Virus record (IMG/VR): IMGVR_UViG_3300036795_000143
Coordinates: 1 to 64,000 of that record
Direction: 5' to 3' (one strand)
From: a virus
DNA: 64,000 bases
The translations under genes were made by a program, and so were the position numbers. The notes beneath the pieces are model-generated. The model searched no databases, had not been told where the DNA came from, and saw nothing but the letters and a program-made list of their open reading frames with translations. Position 1 is the first letter of the stretch. Every line of letters begins with the position of its first letter. Positions 30,462 to 40,569 of this stretch are shown here, in pieces.

Positions 30462-30467
30462 GGCGGG

Positions 30468-30932
30468 TCACCCGACCCGGGTGAACAGGGGAAGGCCGAG
30501 GACGAGCAGGGTCACGCTGGTCTCCTCTAGGGTTCTGATGTCGCCACCGACGGTGGGTGCTTTCAGTACGCACGTACCGTTCCAGCGAATGTGCTCACCG
30601 ACGATGTCGGGCATGTGGTCCAATTGGAACGTGGCGACCGCCCGACTGTTGTTCCACAACAGGTCGGAAATGCCACCGAAACGCCAGTCGGCGTAGAACT
30701 TCAACTGAAGCGCATAGTCATTATCTGTTTCAGTCCGGAACTCCGACGGGTTACCACAATATGTATATGTCTTTACTCCATCAACCGTGTTGTTCATCAT
30801 GTTCCAGTTGTTTAGCTGGCACGAGTAATCGACACTGTTTAGGGTAAAAGTTACAATTTTCAGACGCCGCGTGTGGACGCCCAAACCCGTCGGCGAAAAG
30901 GGAGAGCCCCCCGTGTTCACTGGTGCGGTCAT
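30468..30932 (-). CDS. Putative major tail (tube) protein
   Basis: Position; DYSCQ...DW...S..LW...G.....P.VGG. Confidence 0.6.
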   Translation of the reverse strand: MTAPVNTGGSPFSPTGLGVHTRRLKIVTFTLNSVDYSCQLNNWNMMNNTVDGVKTYTYCGNPSEFRTETDNDYALQLKFYADWRFGGISDLLWNNSRAVATFQLDHMPDIVGEHIRWNGTCVLKAPTVGGDIRTLEETSVTLLVLGLPLFTRVG

Positions 30933-31354
30933 ACCATTCCCACCTCCATTTGGACCAGAATCGTGTAGGCCGGGAGTGGCCCGCTTGGACTTGGATAAAC
31001 ACCGGGACCGGACCCCATGACCACGCCCGGCGTTAACCGTTCAATCGCCAACGTGATCGAGCCGATCGTTGACAGCATCGCGTCGACCGCGTATTGATTC
31101 ATGCCGACGACGAAATAAACGCTCCATTGCGCGGTGACGGGGCCACCGCTGAAATTGTTTTGGTTGTATCCCAGCCACATCAGCCGTGGCGGCCCCACCA
31201 CCACCGCTGGCGGTGAGATGGGGGCTGCCACGGCTAGGAGGACCCGCAGATCCGGCACCGTCGCGATGGCGTCCGCGAGGGTTTGATGCGCCTTCGCGAC
31301 TGGGGTTAACGGGGCGGTCACGCGAGGCCACCGAGGATCCCGAGCTGCATCCAA
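30929..31354 (-). CDS. Putative tail terminator
   Basis: PPAVVV.PP, LPAY; position. Confidence 0.55.
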   Translation of the reverse strand: MDAARDPRWPRVTAPLTPVAKAHQTLADAIATVPDLRVLLAVAAPISPPAVVVGPPRLMWLGYNQNNFSGGPVTAQWSVYFVVGMNQYAVDAMLSTIGSITLAIERLTPGVVMGSGPGVYPSPSGPLPAYTILVQMEVGMV

Positions 31355-31650
31355 ATATCGGGATCGGTTCGCATGACCATTCCGCTGCTCATGTCACCGA
31401 GCTGGACCATGCCGTTGGGGCTGACCCGACGGACGAACCATCGCGCGGCCAACCGGATGGTGCCCAACCTGACTTCGGCGGGCACCGTCCAGTTGCCGTG
31501 GTAATCGAGGTCCGGCCGGTGGTCCATCACCCAGGACATTGCGGCGTCGAGGGTTCGCTGGAGGGCCTCGTCGTCGCGGGCGGTGAGCTGGCCGTCAAGC
31601 GTTTGGTCGTTTTTCAGCTCTTCCAAAAGGACCCACGACGGATTAGCCAT
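31318..31650 (-). CDS. Head-tail adaptor (gp6/gp15-like)
   Basis: DD..L...LDAA, VP..V.LG...LAAR...RR.SP.G, DPD. Confidence 0.75.
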   Translation of the reverse strand: MANPSWVLLEELKNDQTLDGQLTARDDEALQRTLDAAMSWVMDHRPDLDYHGNWTVPAEVRLGTIRLAARWFVRRVSPNGMVQLGDMSSGMVMRTDPDIWMQLGILGGLA

Positions 31651-31964
31651 CAGGTCGCCGTGACGCCTTTAGGCGGCGTGGTGTTATCCACCACGGGCGC
31701 GGTGACATCGGGTTTACCGGAGCTGCGTCCGACCGGTGTCTTGCCGGCAGGATCAACCACCGAAGTGGTGGGCCCCTTGTACCCCAATCCCTTTAGTTCC
31801 CGGTAGATGCCTTGGACCCGGTCAGTTTTGCCGTAGGCGATCACATTCGGGAGTTCCGCGAGTAGCCGGCGCACGCTACCGGCAACCCGGTGATCCACAC
31901 CGAGGACGGTGTCAATCGCCGGGTTATTCGTCAGATCCAATACTTCGTCACCGCTGGTGGTCAT
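31650..31964 (-). CDS. Hypothetical head-region protein
   Basis: Coupled ORF in the operon. Confidence 0.55.
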   Translation of the reverse strand: MTTSGDEVLDLTNNPAIDTVLGVDHRVAGSVRRLLAELPNVIAYGKTDRVQGIYRELKGLGYKGPTTSVVDPAGKTPVGRSSGKPDVTAPVVDNTTPPKGVTAT

Positions 31965-32317
31965 TCCGGGATCACCACCGCTGCGACGGCGTAGGTGACG
32001 GTCGTGGAGCTACCGCCCACGGTCGAAGACACCCGCACGTACTCACTGTTGACAAAAGCGGAAACGCGGGCGTTCCCGGCCGCAGTGAGCTGTGTGGCGG
32101 TCGCGCCGGTAATCGCGGTCCAGGTGGTGTTGTCCGGTGAGGATTCCAGCTTGACGTCGAGCGTCGGGCTGCCGCCGGTCACAGCGGAAACGTGCACCGA
32201 GGCGTCAACCCACATGGCATAGCCGGGGTTAGCGATCGGTCCGCTTACAAACGTTCCCGGGGCCTGGGTGGCCGACGCGAGCGCCATTTCCGCCAATACT
32301 GTTCTTAGTGCTGCCAT
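31961..32317 (-). CDS. Putative capsid decoration protein
   Basis: V.AV.G..PTLDV.LE.S.D...W; near the capsid gene. Confidence 0.6.
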   Translation of the reverse strand: MAALRTVLAEMALASATQAPGTFVSGPIANPGYAMWVDASVHVSAVTGGSPTLDVKLESSPDNTTWTAITGATATQLTAAGNARVSAFVNSEYVRVSSTVGGSSTTVTYAVAAVVIPE

Positions 32318-32332
32318 AAGCTTTCCCCTTAT

Positions 32333-32536
32333 TTATAGGGCGGTTGGGGTGATCAGAGCGTCTACACCGGCCACCGCTGCTGCGAGGTCGACCCCGTAGC
32401 TCTTGGAAAAGAACTCCTCACCGTCGTAGTAGAACCTGGCGGTGCCATCCGATTGTGGGGTGATCCGGTACACGGAGTTCATGTTGAAATACGAACTGGC
32501 GTCCGGAACCTTGATGAACTGCACCGCCAGGGCCAT
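32333..32536 (-). CDS. Hypothetical protein
   Basis: AGGAG RBS. Confidence 0.55.
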   Translation of the reverse strand: MALAVQFIKVPDASSYFNMNSVYRITPQSDGTARFYYDGEEFFSKSYGVDLAAAVAGVDALITPTAL

Positions 32537-32640
32537 CGGGAGATCTCCTGTTCAGACGAAGTAGCCGTAACGCTTCCAAGATCCACAACAATCACCAGAA
32601 TAAGCGCAACCATGCGATTACTTTGAGTGATACCCGCAGG

Positions 32641-34065
32641 TCAGAAGACCGGCGCGACGAATCCGGTGCCCCCGATAGACGAGTTAGCGTTGGGGTAGCG
32701 ACGGAAGGAGTAAGCGAAGTATCCATACAGGACTAGGAGCACACCGAGGGCTGCGGCAGCGGGCTGCTCGCAGCGTAGGTATACGGGCGCTGCGGGATCT
32801 TCCCATAGGTGGCATTCCTGTGTGGCGACCACAAACATTTGATCCTGATTGGTACCACCACCGAGGTTCGTTGCAATGTTGTTATCGGCGATAGCGACCA
32901 TTCCGTTAGGCAGCACACCGCGTGCACCATGGCCATAAACGGCCGCGATGTTCTCACCAGCTGCGGTGCCACCAATGCCCGGCTGGCCGAACATCGGCCA
33001 CTGCGACGTGAGCTGAGCACTCAACCAGTACCAGCGCCGGCTGTGCATGATCACAGCGTTCGGCTGAGCGAAGCCCAACAGGGCCGACTCCGATGCCGAA
33101 GCACCTTGCAGCAATTTCGGCCACATCGCTTCACCCGAAGGACTGGAATCGGTGTAAACGATGGGGTTAGCAATTGCGGAAAGACCAGTAGTGGCCTGGT
33201 TGATAAGGGTAAAATCGATGTCCGTCGCGTAACGCCGGAACAAGTCGTCCATCACAACTTCTTCGATTCCGGTACCACGCTCAATCGCCTGGCGGGAAAC
33301 GGTTTGCTGACCAGCTGCGACCTGCACGTTTTCGGTCAACAGGGTATCGGCCATGTCCTGCCCGGTCACCGCTGTGTTCTCAGCTGACTGCAAACCAACA
33401 GCAGCGGGAGTGGTGATCCGAGAAATGTTGATGGTCATACCGTCGGACGGCAGATCGTGGTGATTACAAGCGTCAGCGAAAGGACGCATAGCGGCCACAG
33501 CCGGTGCGTACATGTCGGTCAAATACTGCGGAACCGTCAAACCTGTGAATTGCGGAGTACCGACACCGACGTTAGTCCGGGTCAAATACTGGCCGCGCTC
33601 AACTACTTCCTCGGACATGTGCCGAGCAAGCCGGTCTCTGGCGTCCGGGTCACCCAGGTACTGCTTCACCGCGTCGCGCATGAACTGGGCGCCCTTGCGG
33701 TCATTACCGGGGTGGTACTGGCGTTCTTCAGCGCCCACTCGGGTGACCTCGTCGTAAGCGGGCTTACGGACACCGGTGGACTTCACCTCACGGCTCAGCC
33801 GCTGGCTTTCGACCTCTTCGGCCTTCACCCGCTGGGCATCGCCGAGCCGGGCCTCAATGGACTTCATTTTTGCCCGAGCATCCTTGCGGATACCAACCAG
33901 AGTGCGAACGTGCTTGTCCTCGTCAGCGGTGAGATTGACCCGACCGGCAATCTCAGCCATTTCCGTGATCGCCTCGATCCCGGCCGTGGCGTCGTCCCGG
34001 CTCTTACGTTGGATAGAGAGATCAGCCTCGATCCCGTTGATCATTTCGTCGATAGTCGCCGGCAT
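32641..34065 (-). CDS. Major capsid protein (HK97 fold, coiled-coil delta domain)
   Basis: N-terminal coiled coil; VPQYL..., AGQ..VSRQ.IER, MH.RRW. Confidence 0.85.
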   Translation of the reverse strand: MPATIDEMINGIEADLSIQRKSRDDATAGIEAITEMAEIAGRVNLTADEDKHVRTLVGIRKDARAKMKSIEARLGDAQRVKAEEVESQRLSREVKSTGVRKPAYDEVTRVGAEERQYHPGNDRKGAQFMRDAVKQYLGDPDARDRLARHMSEEVVERGQYLTRTNVGVGTPQFTGLTVPQYLTDMYAPAVAAMRPFADACNHHDLPSDGMTINISRITTPAAVGLQSAENTAVTGQDMADTLLTENVQVAAGQQTVSRQAIERGTGIEEVVMDDLFRRYATDIDFTLINQATTGLSAIANPIVYTDSSPSGEAMWPKLLQGASASESALLGFAQPNAVIMHSRRWYWLSAQLTSQWPMFGQPGIGGTAAGENIAAVYGHGARGVLPNGMVAIADNNIATNLGGGTNQDQMFVVATQECHLWEDPAAPVYLRCEQPAAAALGVLLVLYGYFAYSFRRYPNANSSIGGTGFVAPVF

Positions 34066-34193
34066 GGCGGACTTCCTTTCATTTTCCTGTGAAGTGACCG
34101 CCGTGCGACCGAGGCAATCCGGTCCGCATTGAGGGCCTTTAGATGTGGGTTGACCGTCCCTTTGCGAAAGCAAAGAGCGAAAGGTAAAATTTT

Positions 34194-35048
34194 TTACTCG
34201 TCGTCGGCGAGGACGATGGTCCGCACCAGATTGATAGAGCGACCCATGGGAATTGCAACGGGAGGCGTTTCCTCAACCACGGGCGCTTGAGCTGCCCGCT
34301 GTTGCGTGTTCCCACCGTTGCCACCGCTGGAATCGAGCCGAACCTGCAAATGACGCATCGCGGCACGGGCCGCACCGATCGGCAACCGGTCTACTTCATC
34401 CATCACCCGACGAGCCCTCGCGGAAATGCTGGTAGTCGGGTTCGCGCCATAGTTCACGGCCGACACGTCACCGCACTGCAAATCCAGCTGGAGCATCGTG
34501 AACTGGGTGAAGTCCTCGTTCCACTCGCCTTCTTCCAACATCGCAGCGAACGACATTTGATCAACGCTGCGGTCGTTGATGGCGATGGCGAGGTCACTGA
34601 CGTCAGTGCGTGCCGGGTTAAGCCACGCGTCAGTGACAAGACCCTCCGGGCCCGCCGATAGGGTCAGAGTCCCATTCGTGGTCCGGGCCATTGTCAGGCC
34701 AGTGTGATTGACCAAGAATGCCACGTCCGGTTGCCGGGCCAGCGAATTATTAAACGCCGTCGCGGAGACCTTCTCCGTATACGGACCAAACATATCCCAC
34801 ATTTCATAAGGTGTTTCCGTGGTCGATGCGACCCCGGAAAGGTGATGCCATTCCTTGGCGTCGTCCGGGCTACCTGCGCGCTTTTCCATGGTGGCGCGGA
34901 GCACCGCTGGGAACGTCATGCGGCGGACCAGCCCGACGTCTAAGGGCGGTGCGCAGCGTGACCGGCGAATGCCCTCGGGACTGGTGTCCTCGACCGCTTC
35001 GCGGCGCGCCCGCGACGCCTGCTCCCGAGCCACTTCAATGTCGATCAT
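34194..35048 (-). CDS. HK97-family prohead protease
   Basis: E.V...AF, FL.NH...ART..GTL.L, QMSF, DVS.V.Y.ANP.T. Confidence 0.88.
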   Translation of the reverse strand: MIDIEVAREQASRARREAVEDTSPEGIRRSRCAPPLDVGLVRRMTFPAVLRATMEKRAGSPDDAKEWHHLSGVASTTETPYEMWDMFGPYTEKVSATAFNNSLARQPDVAFLVNHTGLTMARTTNGTLTLSAGPEGLVTDAWLNPARTDVSDLAIAINDRSVDQMSFAAMLEEGEWNEDFTQFTMLQLDLQCGDVSAVNYGANPTTSISARARRVMDEVDRLPIGAARAAMRHLQVRLDSSGGNGGNTQQRAAQAPVVEETPPVAIPMGRSINLVRTIVLADDE

Positions 35049-35077
35049 TCATACGCTCCTAAAGCGGTTATCGGGAC

Positions 35078-35473
35078 TCAGAACCCACTCGGGGTCTTCG
35101 GCGCACCGGTGCTGTTATTAGCCGGGGTAGTTGCGTCGGCGTTGGCATCGAAACCGTTTTCGTTGCCGCCCATCGGCTTGAAATCGCCACCGTCACCAGC
35201 GGCCTTCTCAACCTCAATCTCGTTCTTGGCCTTTTCTTCCTTCTCGAAGAACGACTCTTCGTCCTTGGCCTTGGTGACGTCCTTCGGGTCCTTGTCGTCC
35301 GGGTTCTTGGTCTTACTGGCGGCGTCGGGCAGGTTGTCGGCGCGCTTCAGCGGCCGGAACGACCCGGAAAGCGCCTGCGCCCGAGTAGCGGTCACCACCG
35401 GGGCTGCGCCACGGGCCTCGCCGCCTTGCGCAGCAGTACGGAAAGCGGCGGTCCGTCGTGCGTTGTCACTCAT
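35078..35473 (-). CDS. Charged low-complexity protein
   Basis: AAGGAG RBS; Lys/Asp/Glu-rich. Confidence 0.5.
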   Translation of the reverse strand: MSDNARRTAAFRTAAQGGEARGAAPVVTATRAQALSGSFRPLKRADNLPDAASKTKNPDDKDPKDVTKAKDEESFFEKEEKAKNEIEVEKAAGDGGDFKPMGGNENGFDANADATTPANNSTGAPKTPSGF

Positions 35474-35580
35474 ATTTATTTGCTCCTTTGGGCAATAGGT
35501 CGCCCCAGGAAGGGACTACCTGATTGAAGTGCTGCTAAGCTGCGTAGCGTGTGCTTCCGACAGCAATCCCGGTGAGTAAT

Positions 35581-35651
35581 TCCACCGTGGGGTAATGGCA
35601 GCCCACCGGCCTCTGATGCCGGTTATCCAAGTTCGAATCTTGGCGGTGGAG
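35581..35651 (+). tRNA. tRNA-Gln (CTG)
   Basis: TCCACCG/CGGTGGA acceptor; CCGGC-CT-CTG-AT-GCCGG; TTCGAAT T-loop. Confidence 0.9.
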
Positions 35652-35656
35652 CGCGG

Positions 35657-36871
35657 CTACACGCCCGGAGTAAGGGGCTGCGCTGTAGGTGACCTCGACG
35701 GCGGTTTCGGAGGCCAGAACCGGTCGAATTCGTCTTTCTGCGCGTCGGTAAGCGGCGGCAGATCATCAATCAACCGGGCTTCGGACAACCCGAGGACACG
35801 GCCAGCTACCCGAAGGTTGATGGCCTCGGCGCGGGTCATGGGGTCCATCCGCAGCAGCGCGTCAGGGTTCAATTTCACGAACTGCTGCGCCGGCAACAGT
35901 TTGTTAAGGGAGTTTTCGCGCCGGATCATCGCCGGGCCCAGCGACATGGTCAAAAATTGCAGGTTTCTTTGCGTGACGTTTGCGTAGGTCACTGCTGATC
36001 CGGATATCGCTGAGTCGATGAGGTCTGCGGGGCAGTCGAGGAATCGTGAAATGTCCGTGGGCCCGAGCTTGCGGGCCTCGATCCATTCCATTCCAGTTTG
36101 CTCGGCCTGGATCATCGAATAGTCCCAGTCCTTACCGGTGACTAATGCGTCACCGCTGTGGACGGACTCTTTGAGCCGGGACTTGATCGCCTGGGCTTGC
36201 GTGTCAGAGATCGTGGCTTGCATATTGTTCTGAAGGTGACTGCGCGGGATTCCACCGCTGGTGAACCACGAAATCGCAAAATCTTGAATGCTCAAGTGCT
36301 CGCTAACGCACCACGCCGCGTACATAATCGGCGACAAACCCAAGTGGAAACCGGCGACTGTGTACTGTTTTTCGTGCCAGATCTGCGACGGCGGGTACGG
36401 CTTACCACGGATGTAGTATTCGATCAGCTTGTTGTCGATGATGTTGACACTGACCCACGCCAGGGGCACCAACTCGATGCACGCAGGCAATCCCCACCCG
36501 TTGATCGCGGTGATAATCCCAATGGAATTACCAGCACGATCCAGGTCAAATTGGGTGCTGTACATCCATTCCATGTAATCGCATTCGGTACCGCCGGGCG
36601 AGACAATGATCGGTGGCTTCGCGATCTCAATATGCGGCATGCCGTACTGTGGTTTGCGGAACACGTCGATAGGGAACGTGGAGATCAGGTTCGCCCGCAG
36701 CCGTAAACACGCCCACACCGCTGAGTGGCGCAACGCCGACTCATTGTTAATCATGTGACCGGGCTGCAATTGCATATTCATTCGGTGCGGGATCACGTCA
36801 GCCGCGAGACCACCGGGGAATTCGCCCCAGTACGGTCCCATGATATTAGCTGTACGGAATAGGAGGCTCAC
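35657..36871 (-). CDS. HK97-family portal protein
   Basis: AL..SAVWAC.RL.A..IS..P, GN, GLSPI, F..GG.P, YAN, EAR...DLPP. Confidence 0.92.
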   Translation of the reverse strand: MSLLFRTANIMGPYWGEFPGGLAADVIPHRMNMQLQPGHMINNESALRHSAVWACLRLRANLISTFPIDVFRKPQYGMPHIEIAKPPIIVSPGGTECDYMEWMYSTQFDLDRAGNSIGIITAINGWGLPACIELVPLAWVSVNIIDNKLIEYYIRGKPYPPSQIWHEKQYTVAGFHLGLSPIMYAAWCVSEHLSIQDFAISWFTSGGIPRSHLQNNMQATISDTQAQAIKSRLKESVHSGDALVTGKDWDYSMIQAEQTGMEWIEARKLGPTDISRFLDCPADLIDSAISGSAVTYANVTQRNLQFLTMSLGPAMIRRENSLNKLLPAQQFVKLNPDALLRMDPMTRAEAINLRVAGRVLGLSEARLIDDLPPLTDAQKDEFDRFWPPKPPSRSPTAQPLTPGV

Positions 36872-36886
36872 TGCTTAACCTCCAGG

Positions 36887-37087
36887 TCAGGGTTGTTTGG
36901 GTGGTGTGCTCATGGCCCGCTGGCGGGCAGCTGCGAGGGTCGCGAAACCCAGGACGCACACACCCGAAATTGTTGTTAGCCCGGCCATGCCGAACCACCA
37001 TGCCGCGACTAACCCGAGACCGAACGAGACGAGCAGCATCCCCAAGGTTTCCAGCGCCACGATTAGAAGCTCCTGCATGAACCTCAA
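36887..37087 (-). CDS. Small two-TM protein upstream of the portal
   Basis: Hydrophobic; usual actinophage position. Confidence 0.6.
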   Translation of the reverse strand: MRFMQELLIVALETLGMLLVSFGLGLVAAWWFGMAGLTTISGVCVLGFATLAAARQRAMSTPPKQP

Positions 37088-37102
37088 CTGATTGCCATCG
37101 CT

Positions 37103-37306
37103 TTACTCCTCATCGGGGCGATAAACGACCACCTGGGCGAGCTGGTCTAAGACGATCACAACGACACCAGGTAATAGCTCCGCGAATCGCTCTCGGACGC
37201 GTTGCGCTTCAGCGATGTTGAGGTGGCCGGTGAAACCCAGGATCAGCGTGTCGCCGGGCCGGACCGGACCAGTCCACGCCTGCACAACAACGTTCTTGTC
37301 GTTCAC
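37103..37306 (-). CDS. Hypothetical protein
   Basis: V.PGD.L...LPGV.V; GTGA coupling. Confidence 0.55.
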   Translation of the reverse strand: MNDKNVVVQAWTGPVRPGDTLILGFTGHLNIAEAQRVRERFAELLPGVVVIVLDQLAQVVVYRPDEE

Positions 37307-38775
37307 CTAATCGAATCCAGCACGTTGTAGTCTTCTCCTCCGTAAACCGCGAGGCCGTGCAACGCGAGCGTCCCGGCCATCATCGGTGAAATATCAAGCT
37401 CGGACATGCGCCGACCGAAAGCCCACGCACCATCCCCGACGTCCCTTTTTTTCGCTGCCCGGACCGCTTCGTCGAGGTTGATTTGCCCGACGTGCCGTAA
37501 CCCGTCACGGTCCGGTGCTTGCGCTGCTTTCAACATCGACCCGCACGCCTGGCACAATTCCCGCGCTTGAATTAATTTCAGTTTCGGTTCGAAACCGGCC
37601 TCGATGAGGTCGGTGAGTAGCGCACCAGCGGGACCTGACGCGTCGATGATCCACGCGATCGGTCCCCACTGCGCTTCCAACTCGATGATGCGGGGAAGCA
37701 TCCAATCGACGCCGGGCCGGTGGTCGAGGACGTCATCACGGCTGGTGATTTCGATGTGGGGGATTCGGTCTTCGCGGTAGCCGGCGACGGCAATGGCACC
37801 CGATTCCAAACCGGGGCTGACGTCGAGGGCGAACACCATCGGCGAGCCTTGGATTTGGGAGTTCGGGTCGAGTAGGTGTCCCCAGGTGGTGGGGTCAATC
37901 AGTGGCGCGCCACGGGGGTCATCCCAGATCCCCAATACTTCTCTGGCGTATTCGACTTCATCCATGGAGCGTTGCGCCAGGATCAGGGTGTCCCGGGAGA
38001 TGCGGATACCCAACGCGGGCATCGCCTGGGCGAGCACGTGAGGATCGGTGGCGGCGACGTCGGGGTTGGCCCGGTAGTGCTCCTCATCCGCTGACCACTC
38101 GTAATAGGCCAGTCCGGGGTCACGTTCCATACCGCGTTGCCGGACCCGACGTAACGCGTGGGAACCGGGCTTGCCGGCAGAGCTGAGGTACCACAACTGC
38201 CAATTCGGTCTAGCGAAAAGGATCGGCATCAGGGCGCCCACGTGGTCCGTGGCCAACGCAAACGCTTCATCGAAAAACACCATGTCACCGGACCAGCCAC
38301 GGGCGCTGGAACCAGTCCGGGCCACGAAGTCAATACGGGCCCGTGACTTCAGCTCGATCGACTGTTCCTCGTTGCTGATCCGGACTTGTTTCACTTCTCG
38401 GTCAAGGTCAGGGTGGGATTCGATGAGCATTTGGATCCGCTCGCGCATTTTCCTGCTCGTGGCCATGAGGTGCGCGGTGTAAACGGTTTGCAAACCGAAA
38501 AGGTAAATGCCGGACAGCGCGGCGACTTCAGCGATGACGCTTTTCCCGCATTGTCTGGGTACAACCAAGCCCACTTCGGGTGCGGACCATCGCCCGCTGG
38601 CGCGTTGCCCGAGGGCACCGCTCAGGACCCGGCATTGCCAAGGGTCCAGCGGCATGCCGACCATGGCGGCCAGCTCGATCGCGGCGTCACCCTTGCTGAT
38701 TGACCACGGCGGGACCGATTCGATCCGTGGGACTTGGGATCCGAGAACTTCCGGTTCGGCGCGCTCTGAGGTCAT
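37303..38775 (-). CDS. terL: Terminase large subunit
   Basis: LDPWQ, PRQCGKS (Walker A), TAH, FFDEA (Walker B), SSAG, nuclease FALD, DISP. Confidence 0.93.
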   Translation of the reverse strand: MTSERAEPEVLGSQVPRIESVPPWSISKGDAAIELAAMVGMPLDPWQCRVLSGALGQRASGRWSAPEVGLVVPRQCGKSVIAEVAALSGIYLFGLQTVYTAHLMATSRKMRERIQMLIESHPDLDREVKQVRISNEEQSIELKSRARIDFVARTGSSARGWSGDMVFFDEAFALATDHVGALMPILFARPNWQLWYLSSAGKPGSHALRRVRQRGMERDPGLAYYEWSADEEHYRANPDVAATDPHVLAQAMPALGIRISRDTLILAQRSMDEVEYAREVLGIWDDPRGAPLIDPTTWGHLLDPNSQIQGSPMVFALDVSPGLESGAIAVAGYREDRIPHIEITSRDDVLDHRPGVDWMLPRIIELEAQWGPIAWIIDASGPAGALLTDLIEAGFEPKLKLIQARELCQACGSMLKAAQAPDRDGLRHVGQINLDEAVRAAKKRDVGDGAWAFGRRMSELDISPMMAGTLALHGLAVYGGEDYNVLDSIR

Positions 38776-39022
38776 CCAGCTCGCTCCTCACCGGGGTTAC
38801 CGGCGGGGCCGGGGTTGCTTTTGCTTGGCGGACCGCGAGGCGGCGTAGCTCGGCGAGGACTCGTTGGACACCACCACCGGACGCGGAGTGGCCGCCGTCA
38901 AAGGCCCTGGCGTGCATGCGGCCGACCTCGATCAGGCCGCACTCGCGTTCCTGGAGGTCGGTCGGTAACTGTCTGATTTGTTTGTTGAAAGCCAGCAGCG
39001 CGGCACGGGCCACGGCGACCAC
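38687..39022 (-). CDS. Putative terminase small subunit
   Basis: Directly upstream of terL; AR..D...L.EL...LDDLRARR; start uncertain. Confidence 0.55.
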   Translation of the reverse strand: MVAVARAALLAFNKQIRQLPTDLQERECGLIEVGRMHARAFDGGHSASGGGVQRVLAELRRLAVRQAKATPAPPVTPVRSELDDLRARRTGSSRIPSPTDRIGPAVVNQQG

Positions 39023-39103
39023 CCTTCCGTGGTTTGACGACGTCGTTTATTCGGTCGTAGGGTGTGCGGCATCGCCCTACGCGCCTAGGGAGGCACACCC
39101 GCG

Positions 39104-39760
39104 ATGAGCCGTATCAAGATCCAAACCGATGATGGCCTGGGCTGGTTCGATTCCACCCGCGCCGAGATCTACTCCGAAGTAACCAGCTGGGATGGCGACA
39201 ACCAGGTCAGCGTTGCCACCGGCAACTACGCCGAACACGAAGCCCTCTACCACACCGCCGGTGGACGCTGGGTCCTCCACCACTGGTCGGCATGGCACGG
39301 CAAACCTGAAACCTATGAATTCATCGACGACGACCGTGCCCGCGAGTGGCTGATCCTCAACGAACACGACGACGCGGTTGCAAAGCATTTCGGTGAAATC
39401 GAAGAGGAACGCGGGCCAGGGCGACCCATGATCGGCGGGAAGGTGACAATCCGCCTCGGCGACCTGCTAGCCGACGTGGAGATGTACCAAGCCGGTCACG
39501 GGCTCACCCAAGCCGCAGCGCTCCGACAGATCGTGGAACTCGGTCTCCTCCGTGCGGGTTTGATCACCCCACCCGACGGTGTTGATGTCGATGAGCTGTA
39601 CCAGCTCGGGGAGCACCTTCCGGGTAGTCGCGAGCTAGCCCAGCAAATCAACCGGCGAGACGCCCTAGCCCGAGAAGCGGCCGGGCTCGACGACCCCGCC
39701 GTAGGCGTACACCGCAAGGCAGCAGCGGCGACGCTGGCACGGCAGGCTGGTAATGAGTAG
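39104..39760 (+). CDS. Conserved phage protein with an RHH-like C-terminal segment
   Basis: GGAGG RBS; GWFD...WDG.N...HE.LY.T.GGRW; RGPGRP.IG. Confidence 0.65.
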   Translation: MSRIKIQTDDGLGWFDSTRAEIYSEVTSWDGDNQVSVATGNYAEHEALYHTAGGRWVLHHWSAWHGKPETYEFIDDDRAREWLILNEHDDAVAKHFGEIEEERGPGRPMIGGKVTIRLGDLLADVEMYQAGHGLTQAAALRQIVELGLLRAGLITPPDGVDVDELYQLGEHLPGSRELAQQINRRDALAREAAGLDDPAVGVHRKAAAATLARQAGNE

Positions 39761-40397
39761 GCCCGGGTACTTGATCACTGTGGTGGCCACCGACGTGGCC
39801 CCAGCCCAGCCGCAAGAAGAGCACCGGTTCACCGATTTCAAAGAAGCCCGGGAATGGCTCCTCGACCGACTCGACGACCACGGCATCATCGGGGCAATCC
39901 ACAACGCCCAGATGCGCCAGGAAGCGGAGAACGGCCAGCGGTTAATGGACCTGTGGCACGGTGAACCACTGAAGCTGTGCGGGCACGTGACCCGGTACGA
40001 CATCGATCCCGTGGGCATCGCCCACCTGGCGAGTGCACGTTGGGTCGACCTACGTGCAACCGAAGCTCGGCACAAAGCAGCGCACTACGCCGAACAGCAG
40101 CTCGCCAAGCACGTGCCGGCGCTACCCAACGGGGGCCCCGGCTCGACCTACGACCACGCCGCGCGATGGATCACCGACGACGGGTACCAACACTGGCTGG
40201 ATAGCGAGCGGGCGATCATGCTCGGTCGCTGCTGGGACCTGGCCGCCGAACTCATCGACCGGGGGCTACTCCCCACCGCGTACACGCGCGAATCGTGGGC
40301 GCTTATCACCGCGCAACGCGCCATCGCTAATCACGAGCAGTTCGACACGGTCCGCGCCGAGCTGCTCACCGAGATCCAGCAGCGGAGGCCGCAATGA
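39753..40397 (+). CDS. Hypothetical protein
   Basis: Overlaps the previous gene. Confidence 0.55.
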   Translation: MSRPGYLITVVATDVAPAQPQEEHRFTDFKEAREWLLDRLDDHGIIGAIHNAQMRQEAENGQRLMDLWHGEPLKLCGHVTRYDIDPVGIAHLASARWVDLRATEARHKAAHYAEQQLAKHVPALPNGGPGSTYDHAARWITDDGYQHWLDSERAIMLGRCWDLAAELIDRGLLPTAYTRESWALITAQRAIANHEQFDTVRAELLTEIQQRRPQ

Positions 40398-40569
40398 CCC
40401 ACAGGCTGGTATTCCCCGAGAAAATGTTCCTTTCAGCCTTCGATCCCAGCGCGACGCGGCCCACGGTGATATTGGTCGACTGCTGCGAGATCTGCTGCTC
40501 GATAGTCCCTAAAGAATTGTCACTGGAGCACAAACGGTGGCACTTGCGCCAGGAAGAGGGGTCTGCGCG

